A DNA stretch of 64,000 nt from an uncultured Acidimicrobiaceae bacterium (GTDB lineage Bacteria; Actinomycetota; Acidimicrobiia; Acidimicrobiales; RAAP-2): positions 4,966,816-5,030,815 of the forward strand of contig OY970164.1 in the NCBI GenBank assembly GCA_963706555.1. Direction: 5' to 3'. The first letter of the stretch is position 1. Every line of letters starts with the position of its first letter. A model generated the notes under the pieces. That model was not told the DNA's origin and did not search any database. It worked only from the letters and a program-made list of their open reading frames with translations. The translations under genes and the position numbers were made by a program. Shown here piece after piece: positions 27,095 through 36,473 of this stretch.

Positions 27095-28140
27095 GTCAAT
27101 AGGTCAGCGGTTCTCGGTTGTCGGCGAAGGCCCGAGGAACGAATGGGCCGTTGACTGTGCCAACTGCCGTAATCGGTGACCCGTTCGTGTTTTCCGCGTT
27201 GACCAAACCATCCGAACGCATCTCACTGCTCTCCGATCGAAGTGTCCTTCGCCGTTCCAAGATACGGATCGGCTTGCGGGAATCGTTTGGGGCTTGGTGG
27301 CCGGCGAGTGGAGCGGCGGTTCTGCTCGCGAGAGGCAGCCATTCCGGCAATCGAACTGGGAAGAAGCGTCGCGAGACCGGCGATCTGGGGCACCCTCAAG
27401 ACCAAACCCCGGATCCGTCTCTGTGCGCTAATACGTAAGGCGTGGCGAACCCGTTCGTGCAGAGCATGGCCCGCAATTTCGAGGAAGCGCTGCGGCTGAT
27501 GGAGGCGGCGCTCACGGATTGTCCTCAAGACCTGTGGGAGAAGGACCTGTGGCCGGACGAAGCGCCCACGGCTCCGACGCCGCATGGGGGGCTTCACGGG
27601 TCGAGGCGGTCGTCCTGGGGCACTGCTCGAAGGTTTAGCTGCCAACGGACCGCCAGCAGTATCGGACAGATCGTGGTCTGGCGAGAGGGACATGGAAACG
27701 TCTTCACACCGGTGGGTGGCTGAAACACCCATCTGTGATACTTGGCTCTCGCCTAACGGGCAGAGGGACGATGGGGCGCCTCTTTCGGGGGGCGCTTCGT
27801 CGCGTGTGCGGCGTCCGTCAACCCCGCGACAGGTGCCTGAGTCATCGCAACGGATCCTGTCGGCTTTGAGCCTCTTGCACCGCCGCGACGAAATGAAGGT
27901 GGGCTTGTAGCCAGGCTTCCTTTGCCGCGGCGTAGTCCTTCACAAGGTCCGCATCAAGCTCGATCGGTCCGATGCCATGCCACCTACATCCCAATTAGCG
28001 AGGGGCTCATCCTTGTAGACAACCGCCTCCCTGATAGGGAGTCGTACCGGACCCAAACCCTCATGGTGACCCCCCTGCTGGCGACATCGTCGGCTACTCC
28101 CCTACAAAAGTCGACGTCATAGCCGCAGCTCCAGGTTGGC

Positions 28141-28314
28141 CTGACGGAAATCGCCGACATGTTCGGCGTCTCCCGTCAGTACGCCGACCGGCTGGTCCGC
28201 CAGACCGGTTTTCCGGTGCCGGAGGCGGTCATCACTGCTGGCCGGATCTGGCATCGCGACGCGATCGAGAAGTGGGCCAAGGCGACGGGCCGGACCATCT
28301 TGGGGAATGACTGA
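28141..28314 (+). CDS. excisionase/AlpA-type HTH protein (possibly 5'-truncated)
   Basis: Not in the track. My translation LTEIADMFGVSRQYADRLVRQTGFPVPEAVITAGRIWHRDAIEKWAKATGRTILGND* aligns with residues 28-80 of ORF 54395..54799. There is a stop at 28120-28122 and no canonical start before the HTH (in-frame ATG only at 28159). Confidence 0.45.
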   Translation: MTEIADMFGVSRQYADRLVRQTGFPVPEAVITAGRIWHRDAIEKWAKATGRTILGND

Positions 28315-28407
28315 TGCCCCATCCCCAAGCGCGCAATAGGGGATTTCGGCCCTAGTTTCCCGGAATTCGGATCTTCAAAATAATCAGTTCGGGGGAAGGG
28401 AGGACTG

Positions 28408-28575
28408 ATGGCCAAGACCATCGATTCCGTGCACATGTCCGAGCAGGCTGGCTGCGTCCAGTGCGGTGAGTTCTTTGGAGACGCTGCGGTGAAAGAGATC
28501 GACCAATGGATCGTCGAGGACGACGGGGTTCTGATCTGCCCGGGTTGCAAGCTCGAAACCTATGCCTACGGCTGA
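28408..28575 (+). CDS. 55-aa zinc-ribbon protein (type 1: CxxC..W..ICPxC)
   Basis: Not in the track because it is under 60 aa. RBS ggaagggagga, then ATG at 28408: MAKTIDSVHMSEQAGCVQCGEFFGDAAVKEIDQWIVEDDGVLICPGCKLETYAYG*. Followed by a strong hairpin. Confidence 0.5.
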   Translation: MAKTIDSVHMSEQAGCVQCGEFFGDAAVKEIDQWIVEDDGVLICPGCKLETYAYG

Positions 28576-28596
28576 TGGCAAACCGTCATCGGACGC

Positions 28597-28641
28597 GAAC
28601 AAGCCCTCGGTACAGCTGGGGGGCTTTATGAGGGCTTGTTC
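28597..28641. terminator. 12-bp perfect stem hairpin after the zinc-ribbon ORF
   Basis: gaacaagccctc (28597-28608) pairs with gagggcttgttc (28630-28641). Confidence 0.5.
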
Positions 28642-28700
28642 CGTCGCCACCGCTGCCAAGTGACTGAGTAGAGCGGCGACAATTCGGAGCGTACCCACTA

Positions 28701-29823
28701 GTGCATCCTCGCGATAATAACACTGATGTGGTTTCATGGAGGTATGCGACTTCCTCCACTCAAACTTCGTCGAGGTGACCGTGCCCAACTTGAAGCGCGC
28801 GTGCGGTCCAACACCATCGAGGCGCGGGCAGCCAAGCGGGCGCGCATGATCTTGCTCATGGCCGACGGCGAGTCGAATCGCACCATTGGTGAGCTGGTCG
28901 ATCTGCACTACAACCAGGTAGGTCTGTGGCGGAAGCGCTACGAGGAGTTCGGTCTCGCCGGCCTCGAAGACGAAGACCGTCCAGGTCGTCCCGTCGTCTA
29001 TGACCACGACGACGTGTTGCTCTTGGTCAAGCTGGTGACCGAGGACCCGCCCGAGGGAGCCACCCGCTGGAGCATGGAGGCGTTGGCCGAGGCTATGGCT
29101 CAGCACGGAGTGCCGATCTCGGCTTCGCAGGCCTGGAGGATCTGTAAGTCCTTGGACCTAAAACCCTGGCAGGTGGAGTCCTGGATGACCAGCCACGACC
29201 CCGACTTTTGGGCCAAGGCCTCCGATGTCTGTGGTCTCTACCTCAACCCGCCGCAGAACGCCGTGGTGTGGAGCGTGGATGAGAAGTCGGGCATGCAGGC
29301 CACGTCACGTATCAACCCGACCAAGCCGGCCGTCCCGGGCAAGCCCGTGCGAAGGGAGTTCGAGTACAAGCGCAACGGCACCGCGGTCCTCTTCGCCGCT
29401 CTCGACGTCCACGACGGCGGCATCGCCGGCTGGGTCACCGATTCCACGCGCTCGGAGAACTTTGTCGACTTCTTGGCTGATCTGGTGCGCCAGACCCCCA
29501 AGGGACTCGACCTGCATTGCATCGCCGACAACCTCAGCGCACACAAGACTGGAGCCGTTGCTACCTTCTTGGAGAAGAACCCCCATGTGCACCTCCACTA
29601 CACGCCCACCCATGCCAGCTGGCTCAATCAGGTTGAGCTGTTCTTCTCCATCCTCGAACGCCGACTGCTTCGACGCGGCGAGTTCGCCTCGGTCGACGAA
29701 CTGGCCGATCGCATCATCGCCTTCATCAAGGACTACAACAGACGAGCGGCACCGTTTCGGTGGACCTACGATGGCAAGCCCCTACGAGTCGCGTAAGTCA
29801 CAATGATTTACGCGCGGCGCCAC
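28701..29823 (+). mobile_element. IS630-family insertion sequence (about 1.1 kb) flanked by TA
   Basis: Intact DDE transposase inside. The ends gtgcatcctcgcgataataa (left) and the reverse complement of the right end, gtggcgccgcgcgtaaatca, match at 13 of 20 positions. TA at 28699-28700 and at 29824-29825, the usual IS630 target duplication. Confidence 0.6.
28744..29796 (+). CDS. IS630-family DDE transposase
   Basis: ARMILLMADGESNRTIGELVDLHYNQVGLWRKRYEEFGLAGLED (HTH), WSVDEKSGMQA, and the DDE_3 core ..HCIADNLSAHKT..HYTPTHASWLNQVELFFSIL. Alternative ATG at 28726. Confidence 0.9.
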   Translation: MRLPPLKLRRGDRAQLEARVRSNTIEARAAKRARMILLMADGESNRTIGELVDLHYNQVGLWRKRYEEFGLAGLEDEDRPGRPVVYDHDDVLLLVKLVTEDPPEGATRWSMEALAEAMAQHGVPISASQAWRICKSLDLKPWQVESWMTSHDPDFWAKASDVCGLYLNPPQNAVVWSVDEKSGMQATSRINPTKPAVPGKPVRREFEYKRNGTAVLFAALDVHDGGIAGWVTDSTRSENFVDFLADLVRQTPKGLDLHCIADNLSAHKTGAVATFLEKNPHVHLHYTPTHASWLNQVELFFSILERRLLRRGEFASVDELADRIIAFIKDYNRRAAPFRWTYDGKPLRVA

Positions 29824-29881
29824 TAGCCGCCTGGAGCCGTACACCCTCGAATTGGATGCTGAAGCAAGGTAGCTTTTCTGC

Positions 29882-30217
29882 GTGGACAAAGCGGGCGTGC
29901 TGGAAATGTTCAACCGTGAGCGGAGGTGGAAGCTTGTCTCCGTCGGGACTGGCGTGTTGGCCGGGATGCTCACCAAGAAGCTCATGAGGGCCGTGTATCA
30001 GGCCGTCAGCAAGAACTCAGGCCGCAAAACGCCGTTCGATCCCGCGAACCCCCGATTCTCCTGGCTCGACGCCCTGATGTGGGCACCTGCAGCGGGCGTC
30101 GGACTCGGCATCGCCAAGATCGTGAGCGCGCGCATCGCCGCTTTCGGCTGGGAGACCGCAACGGGCACCCTCCCGCCAGGAGTCGCCGAGGAGCCAGCTC
30201 CCGACGACCCCGGCTGA
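29882..30217 (+). CDS. DUF4235-like protein
   Basis: 111 aa. KLVSVGTGVLAGMLTKKLMRAVYQAV...FSWLDALMWAPAAGVGLGIAKIVSARIAAFGWETATGTLPP. GTG start. Confidence 0.6.
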   Translation: MDKAGVLEMFNRERRWKLVSVGTGVLAGMLTKKLMRAVYQAVSKNSGRKTPFDPANPRFSWLDALMWAPAAGVGLGIAKIVSARIAAFGWETATGTLPPGVAEEPAPDDPG

Positions 30218-30368
30218 TGCCCCGAAGAGCAACACGGTGGCCGGGCAAGTGATGCGGGTCTTTAGCGTCTAAGACGCCAACAGCGCAGGGCGACCGCTTT
30301 GGGGATCAGCCACCCTGCGCTTGCCCAGAAACGTAACAACGGGAGCGAGTTCTATTCGGCCAGTGGGA

Positions 30369-30509
30369 TCAGCGCGACTCCGGATACCACGCTTCTCCGC
30401 AACCCTTCGGGGGTCTGCAAATCCTCAGGCGAAGGTCGACCTGGTCCGGCGCCCATTCGGTATCTTCGTTCCGACATCTTGGATTGGGGCATGGGTAGCT
30501 ATCGTCCAT
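30369..30509 (-). CDS. 46-aa zinc-ribbon protein (type 2: CP..C.N..TEWA....C....C...W)
   Basis: MDDSYPCPNPRCRNEDTEWAPDQVDLRLRICRPPKGCGEAWYPESR. Same pattern as ORF 53256..53390. Confidence 0.4.
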   Translation of the reverse strand: MDDSYPCPNPRCRNEDTEWAPDQVDLRLRICRPPKGCGEAWYPESR

Positions 30510-30662
30510 CAGGCCACGATATGTGGGCTCCCGAAAGTCCCGACACGCCGATGGGCAGGTAATGCGGACGTTCTCAGAAGTGAAGAGGCCCCCGGACACC
30601 TACCGGGGCATACGAGGGCCTAAGAGCGCTTCGCGGCAATACCCAGGGCCGCCGCGAGCTAA

Positions 30663-30875
30663 TCATCCGACTTCCCTCACCTTCGGCGCATGTTCCGCGC
30701 ACGCCTCGACGTACCAACTCTTCCCCTTGCGGTCCTTCCAGATGCCTTTCCACGCTGGCGGCTCGTGGCAATGGGTCGCCTGCAGCTGGGGTGAGTAGAT
30801 CAGCCGTAGGCAGCGCCCAGGCACAGCGTGAATGAGTAGGGGACCGGATCGCCGGGTTCGGGCATTCCGGTCCAT
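30663..30875 (-). CDS. small Cys/His-rich protein, paralog of 3541..3729
   Basis: From the ATG at 30875: MDRNARTRRSGPLLIHAVPGRCLRLIYSPQLQATHCHEPPAWKGIWKDRKGKSWYVEACAEHAPKVREVG. Confidence 0.5.
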   Translation of the reverse strand: MDRNARTRRSGPLLIHAVPGRCLRLIYSPQLQATHCHEPPAWKGIWKDRKGKSWYVEACAEHAPKVREVG

Positions 30876-31030
30876 TGAGCGACCGTAGTCCTGGGGTGTA
30901 ATCAGTGCCCCCGACGCGCTGCACGCCGGGGCGACGGCCGCTTGCGGTGAGCCACTGAAGCGACCGCACTGCGTCACTACCCATGCCATGCCCGTTCAAA
31001 ACATCGTCTGGCCTCCGGAGTGTGGCAAGG

Positions 31031-31243
31031 TTGGGGTTGACTCTAAAAGCAGGGTCCGCCTACGTCTTGAATCGAGGTCGGACCGTGATCGAGCCGGACG
31101 GTCTCAACCACGCTCTCCGCAGGTTGGTCGCCGATCTGCAAGCGGACAGCGCTGCCGCTCTTGCCACATTCGAGCAATGGTGCTCCGATCACAGCGAGGA
31201 CATTGCGTTCAGGGCTCTCGTCGATTACTGGAACGGGATCTGA
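31031..31243 (+). CDS. 'DYWNGI'-family small protein, paralog of 4679..4891
   Basis: LGLTLKAGSAYVLNRGRTVIEPDGLNHALRRLVADLQADSAAALATFEQWCSDHSEDIAFRALVDYWNGI. A TTG at 31031 aligns with the start of the 4.8-kb copy; the ORF is open from 30983. Confidence 0.55.
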   Translation: MGLTLKAGSAYVLNRGRTVIEPDGLNHALRRLVADLQADSAAALATFEQWCSDHSEDIAFRALVDYWNGI

Positions 31244-31306
31244 GCCGTCCGTGCAGCAGGGTGATTTTCGGAGTTTCACATAAGTTGAATCGGGTACGAG
31301 GGCGTC

Positions 31307-31507
31307 ATGCGAATACTGGCATTCCTGCTCGTTCTCTGGTTCATCATCGGGGCGCTCGCGGGCCTCCAAAGGCACTACTACAGCGGCTCAGACGCAAGCT
31401 GTGCGAAGGCAGGAACTATCGCAGTGACCATCCTCGCCGGTCCTCTGAACTACGTCGGCGCGAATCCCAAAATAACGGATTGCAATGTGCCACAGCCAAG
31501 TTCGTAA
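31307..31507 (+). CDS. small secreted/membrane protein
   Basis: 66 aa. N-terminal TM MRILAFLLVLWFIIGALAG, then ..SDASCAKAGTIAVTILAGPLNYVGANPKITDC with two Cys. Confidence 0.5.
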   Translation: MRILAFLLVLWFIIGALAGLQRHYYSGSDASCAKAGTIAVTILAGPLNYVGANPKITDCNVPQPSS

Positions 31508-31984
31508 TGCGGGAAAGCGCACTCCGTCCGGCGAGTCGTAGCGGCTTGAACGCCTTGTGCCAGTGCCCCCTCGCCCCAAGGCAGCAGATGGACGACGGGG
31601 CCGTCTGGGGCGCCTTGTCGCGTATCGATGCAGCCGCTTGATTCAGCGCATGTGTTCAGGAATGGCGGAGCTGTCTTCGGCCACTTTCGATGGCGATGTT
31701 TCTATTGCCGAATTCTCAAGATCCGACGCGTGGCGATCCCGGCTAGGGTTGCACCCCGGATAGACATCAGGCTATACCTGGTACCTGACCTGAATCGCTG
31801 GCGTCAGCGATTCTCAGCCAGCGCCTGTTCCGCTTGGGCCGGAGCACGGTGCCAGGGTCTCACGCTCTACATCGTCGGTGACTTTTCGGATAACCAGTTG
31901 AGGGAGCGGGCCACGACGCAACAGGAAACATCGCCCGCTGGGGTGTAGTTCCCGCTGGGGTGTGCTTAGAGCCGGGACCGGCGG

Positions 31985-32551
31985 CTACGCGCCCTTGACG
32001 GCGTCGCGTGCCTTGTCGAAGAGCGCGGCCATTGGTCCCATGATCAGGTTACCCGGAGGTGTGTCAGGAGCGTGCGGGTGAGGGTGTGTTGGGGCCTTCG
32101 CCTTCGCTTGCACATATCGTCCTCCCAGGGCCCTGAGCGACTCGGCGTCCTCGGATTGCTCCAGGATCGGGAACGTGCTGGCTTCTTCGGACGCGGCATG
32201 GTCAAGGACGGATTGCCGCAAGGTGGTGAACGTCGTGGCGAATTCCGACGTCGAGATATCTAGCTTCTCCATTTCGGCGAGAAGGCCCTCAGCCTTGGAT
32301 TGTTCGGCAATGCGAGTCTCTGCCTCCTCCTCTCCCCCGGGCGCGGCCCGACGGATTATGGGATAGGCGACATGTTCTTCGGCTACCTCATGGCGCACGA
32401 GCACGGTGACAACCTCGCAGAAGTAGTCGGCCCGCTCACCTGGCGCGATCTGTTCGAACCGACATAGCAGGGACTTCGCCTCCTCATGGTCGGCGAGGAG
32501 AAGGTCAACCACGTCCGTAGTAGATGAGGTGGTCATTGGTCGATCAGCCAT
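31985..32551 (-). CDS. hemerythrin (HHE cation-binding) domain protein
   Basis: 188 aa. VVDLLLADHEEAKSLL..VRHEVAEEHVAYP..VLDHAASEEASTFP shows repeated H/E metal-ligand motifs. Confidence 0.8.
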   Translation of the reverse strand: MADRPMTTSSTTDVVDLLLADHEEAKSLLCRFEQIAPGERADYFCEVVTVLVRHEVAEEHVAYPIIRRAAPGGEEEAETRIAEQSKAEGLLAEMEKLDISTSEFATTFTTLRQSVLDHAASEEASTFPILEQSEDAESLRALGGRYVQAKAKAPTHPHPHAPDTPPGNLIMGPMAALFDKARDAVKGA

Positions 32552-32940
32552 ACGTCACTCCTGTCGGCTCGATGATGGAGGTCTCCTTTGGGCCTCGTGC
32601 CTGACATACCCGGACCTGACGCTCTGTAACGTCTCGTGTTCGAACCAGGTACGTCATCGACCAACTCTGGCAGCGGCATTACGGAGGCAGCCATGTGCCT
32701 CGAAAGTCTTGACGCCGTCGTCATCACCGACGGAATAGGCAACGTTCGATGGAACTACAGGAGGCCACCTGCGGTGGTCTCGGCACCAGGGGTCGACAGC
32801 GTGAGATCGTTGACAGACGGGACCTGGCTGACTGAGAAGAATCATTTTCCAACCTCTCTGAATCCGCGACTGGCGAAGTTTACGTGCCGACGAACGGGTT
32901 ATATCTCTCGTGCTGCCGCTGCCGTGAAACGGAGGTTAAT

Positions 32941-33164
32941 ATGCCGACAAAACGCCCCACCGTCAAGAACGAAAGGCAATATGAAGCGTTGAAGGAGAAG
33001 GGCATGTCTAAGCAGCGGGCTGCCCGGATCGCAAACTCTCCAAATGCTTCGAGCAATGGAGGAAACGCTCAGGGTCGGGTGGCAACCCTAAGCAGGGTGG
33101 AACAACGGCCCAACACAAGACGGCAGGTCGAAAGGGCGGCAAAGCCACTGCAGCTAAGTCGTAG
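32941..33164 (+). pseudogene. small basic conserved actinobacterial protein with a 1-nt frameshift
   Basis: MPTKRPTVKNERQYEALKEKGMSKQRAARIANSPNASSNGG reads in one frame, and the expected tail RSGSGGNPKQGGTTAQHKTAGRKGGKATAAKS* in another. The span is 224 nt (3n+2), consistent with one base lost around the ggaggaaacgc segment (about 33058). Confidence 0.6.
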
Positions 33165-34048
33165 CTTTCTTTGGAGATGTCGCTCCGGCCAGAATGGGGG
33201 AGGGACTGGATCAGGTCACTTCTTCCTGTCTGCCGAGCAATCGGTACCAACTTTGACGATGTGACTCGATGATACTCGGATTGGTTCGAAGACCCACACG
33301 GCGGGTAATCAGTTGATATGACAACTGATGCCAGGAACCCTACATCGAAAGAAGCACAAGCGGCGGACAAGGAGCCGACGGATCCACCCATCTATCGTGA
33401 GGCACCAACCCCTGAAGAGATTGATGAGCCTCAAGTGAACAAGGGCTAGCAAAGAAGCATCCCGGGTTGTTCAGCCAGTTTTGATAGACGGGAAGTGACC
33501 CCGAGCACCCTGGGAATACCCTTAGTCCCGATCTGCGTCAAGCGTTGCGACCGCCGCCGCCGAGCGGATGGAACGCCGCCGGGCGTATCTGAGTCCTACT
33601 GCGGCAGGTCGAAGTTGCGCCCTCTTCTACTCTGTCAAGCACAAACGCAACATTGTCAGTGATCGTTTGAGACGCCCTCAGGTCGGGTACCACGCCACGG
33701 GAGGACACGATTTTGGCACACTTATGACTGGGCAAGCAGAAGGTGACACATTCCGCAGGAAAGCCTCGGGCTGTTGTGTGCGCCCCGTCCCCGTTGCTCG
33801 AGACCATCCTCGAAGACACAGATGCCGGACCGCGATGCACCTTCACGCGGCAGGGGGCTTTTGGATTGCCCGGCTTCTCCATACGCTCGGCCTCCACGTG
33901 ACCATCTGTGCCTCCTTTCGGCGGGGTGACCGGAACGGTGCTGCGCCCGCTCATGAATCCATGGTCGGCCCGGGTGCGCGAGGTGGATTCGATCGCAATC
34001 AATGGCTCCTTGGTAATCGATGGACGTGGTGACTCAGTGGTAGAGGTG

Positions 34049-34395
34049 TTTCACAGCCAAGCAGCTCCATTCACCCTCTACGTGTTGTTCTTCATCGAGA
34101 TCGACACTCGAAGGATCTACGTCGCTAGCATCACCGCGAACCCAGCAGGGGGTGGGTCACTCAGCAGGCGCGCAACCTCATCTTCGATCTTCTCGAGCGC
34201 TCCCGACCAGTGAAGTTCCTCATCCGGGACCGAGACACGAAATTCACCGCCAGTTTCGACGAGGTGTTCCGCACCGAGGGCATCAGAGTCATCAAGACGC
34301 CCATTCAATCCCCTCGCGCCAATGCGTTCGCCGAGCGTTTCGTAGGCAGCGTCCGCCGACTCGGCGGTCTCATTCACGAGTACCGACTCGCGGCA
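34049..34395 (+). pseudogene. rve (integrase-core) transposase relic: catalytic core only
   Basis: [34 protein letters not shown], a frameshift, then [49 protein letters not shown] joined directly to [12 protein letters not shown]. Confidence 0.75.
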
Positions 34396-34483
34396 CGAGC
34401 TGCTCGGATGGGATTTTCGGCACGAACACCGTCCTGCGCCACAACCTCTCTATGGACGGTGCTCTCTCGATAGTGTCTGAACC

Positions 34484-36126
34484 ATGAGTCAACCCAACAT
34501 CCTGCTGATCATGACTGACGAGGAGCGCTACGCACCGCCCTACGAGCCCGATTCGGTCAGGTCGTTTCGTACGTCCCAGCTCACCGCCCGTGAGTCGATC
34601 CGGAACCGGGGCCTGGAGTTTCACCGGCACTACGCAGGCTCGACGGCATGCGTCCCCAGCCGGGCCACGCTGTTCACCGGCCAGTACCCGTCACTGCACG
34701 GGGTGACATCCACCGACGGCACAGCCAAGCAGAACACCGACCCGGGCATGCGGTGGCTCGATCCGAACACGGTGCCTACCCTGGGGGACTGGTTCCGGGC
34801 CGGCGGCTACCGAACCCACTACCGGGGCAAGTGGCACGTCTCGTTCGCCGACCTCACAATCCCGGGGTCGCACGAGGGGCTGAAGGCCTCGGACAACGAC
34901 GGCAGGCCGCTGCCTGAGGCGGTCGCGGCCTACCGCAAAGCCGACCGGCTCGATCCGTTCGGATTCTCAGGATGGATCGGCCGTGAGCCCCACGGCGCCG
35001 ATCGGTCCGACTGCGGCACCGTGCGCGACGGCGTCTTCGCAGAGCAGGTCGTCGAACTCTTCGGCGACCTCGCCGCATCCCGCGCAGACGGCCCGTGGCT
35101 GACGGTGGCCTCCTTCGTGAACCCCCACGACATCGCCTTCTCGGGCTTCGGCTGGGAGCAAATGCTGCATTTCGGGCCGCCCGATGACACGGTGCCCGAC
35201 GTACCCGAAGCGCCGTCCCAGTCGGATCCGTTCACCGGCCGACCCGCGTGTCAGGAAGCGTTCAAGGCGATTTGGCCCAAGATGATCTTCGAGACCGCCA
35301 CCGATCTCGGCTACCGGAAGCTCTACTACTACCTCTTGAAGTTGGTGGACCAGGCCATCGGCCGCATTCTGGAAGCGCTCGAACAGTCGGGTATGGCTGA
35401 CGACACCATCGTCGTGTTCACCTCCGACCACGGTGATCTACTCGGCGCCCACGGGGGCCTGATCCAGAAGTGGTGTAATGCCTTCGACGAGGCCACCCGC
35501 GTGCCGTTACTGATCGCCGGTCCGGGCATCGAGCCTGGGCGTGGAGGCATCGATGTGCCCACCAGCCACGTCGACCTGATCCCGACACTCCTCGGATTGG
35601 CCGGCATCGACCCTGAGCGGGCGGCCTCTGGCGTCGCCGCCCATCACGACGAGGTGCAGTCCCTGCCTGGACGGGACTTGAGCCCGGTGGTCCTCGGACA
35701 GGTCAACCCAGCTTCGTCTCGCCTCGCCGATCTACTTCATGACCGAGGACGACGTCACCCGGGGAATGACGCAGTGTCAACCTCCTGACCGGGGTTGCGT
35801 TCGATCCGGTTGCACCGCCGATCAACATCGAATCGGTGCTGTCACTGCTCCCAACCGGTGACGGCGGGGCACCCGAGCTTTGGAAGCTGAACCACTACTA
35901 CGAACGGCTCGACGACTGGTACGCCGCACAAGGGGTCCCTCCGAACCCGTTCCTAGGTCCGGCCGCCGAGCCCGACTGGGAGCTGCACAACCTGAGCGTG
36001 GACCCCGAGGAGCGTCACAACCGGGCTTTCGAGGATCTTGCGACTGCATCGAGTATGCGGTCCGTGCTCGAATCGGAGCGTGACGCCAAGCGGCGGATCC
36101 CGAAGCTGCGGAATGCCATCACGTAG
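34484..36126 (+). pseudogene. sulfatase (formylglycine type) with at least two frameshifts near the 3' end
   Basis: NILLIMTDEERY and the CVPSRATLFTGQYP (CxPxR) motif. Frame 1 ends at 35788. PIYFMTEDDVTRGMTQ is in a second frame. NLLTGVAFDPVAPPINIESVLSLLPTGDGGAPELWKLNHYY..HNLSVDPEE is in a third frame and runs to 36126. Confidence 0.8.
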
Positions 36127-36221
36127 ATCCCCGTAGAACACTGCCGCAGTTCGGTGGGAGGGTGCGTGGCGGTGTCGGCCCGTTTCTCTCCACGCGTCTC
36201 TCGCTGTCCCGGGTCAACCGC

Positions 36222-36300
36222 ACTTTCAGCAGACGACGGGATTCGAACCGCGACGCTCACCTTTGGCGAGGTGTCCTCTTACCTGGGCTATTTGGTTACC
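36222..36300 (-). other. tRNA-like relic (D-arm-like, anticodon-arm-like and GGTTCGAATCC T-loop box) that does not fold as an intact tRNA
   Basis: The minus-strand reading ..tagcccaggtaagaggacacctcgccaaaggtgagcgtcgcggttcgaatcccgtcgtctgc has a T-loop box. However, the T-stem pairs at only 2 bp, the anticodon loop has 6 nt, and there is no acceptor pairing or CCA. Confidence 0.25.
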
Positions 36301-36314
36301 TGGGCTATTTGGGT
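36281..36314. repeat. 17-bp tandem duplication
   Basis: acctgggctatttggtt followed by acctgggctatttgggt (16/17 identical). Confidence 0.9.
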
Positions 36315-36330
36315 CAGGTTGGTGGTGGAG

Positions 36331-36355
36331 GTAATGGGACTATGTTCGAACCCCT
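36331..36355. repeat. 25-bp dispersed repeat, copy 1
   Basis: gtaatgggactatgttcgaacccct; the 22-nt core is identical to 36452-36473. Confidence 0.9.
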
Positions 36356-36448
36356 CCTGGCCAGCCGACTTGGGGCTAATCCGGCATGAAGGCCTCAGCT
36401 ACGCGGAATTCGGGTACTGAGGGGCTCGCCGCAAGGTCGGCACCGGAA

Positions 36449-36473
36449 GTGATGGGACTATGTTCGAACCCCT
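36449..36473. repeat. 25-bp dispersed repeat, copy 2
   Basis: gtgatgggactatgttcgaacccct, 118 nt downstream of copy 1. Confidence 0.9.

Noticed and set aside
27442-27723. DinB-like ORF (MANPFVQSMARNFEEALRLMEAALTDCPQDLWEKDLWPDEAP..)
   Set aside because: Only the first roughly 45 residues look DinB-like. The rest is Arg/Ser-rich and no continuation is visible in other frames. It is probably a short gene fragment, with too little evidence to annotate.
27900-28122. Minus-strand reading ..VYKDEPLANWDVGG / GPIELDADLVKDYAAAKEAWLQAHLHFVAAVQEAQSRQDPLR*
   Set aside because: It looks protein-like but is split between two frames, lacks a start and matches no family I know. I treat it as a decayed remnant.
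28384-29106. 240-aa minus-strand ORF overlapping the IS630 transposase
   Set aside because: It is antisense to an unmistakable DDE transposase and has no motifs of its own.
33538-34032. 154-aa ORFs on both strands in a slightly lower-GC stretch upstream of the transposase core relic
   Set aside because: No motifs, no RBS and mutually exclusive frames. Probably decayed DNA next to the IS relic.
36222-36300. Intact tRNA gene on the minus strand
   Set aside because: A T-loop box is present, but the T-stem pairs at only 2 of 5 positions, the anticodon loop has 6 nt, and there is no acceptor-stem complement or CCA. I report it only as a relic.
36281-36473. CRISPR-like array
   Set aside because: There are only two copies of each repeat (a 17-bp tandem and a 25-bp pair), no regular repeat-spacer periodicity, and no cas genes in the window.
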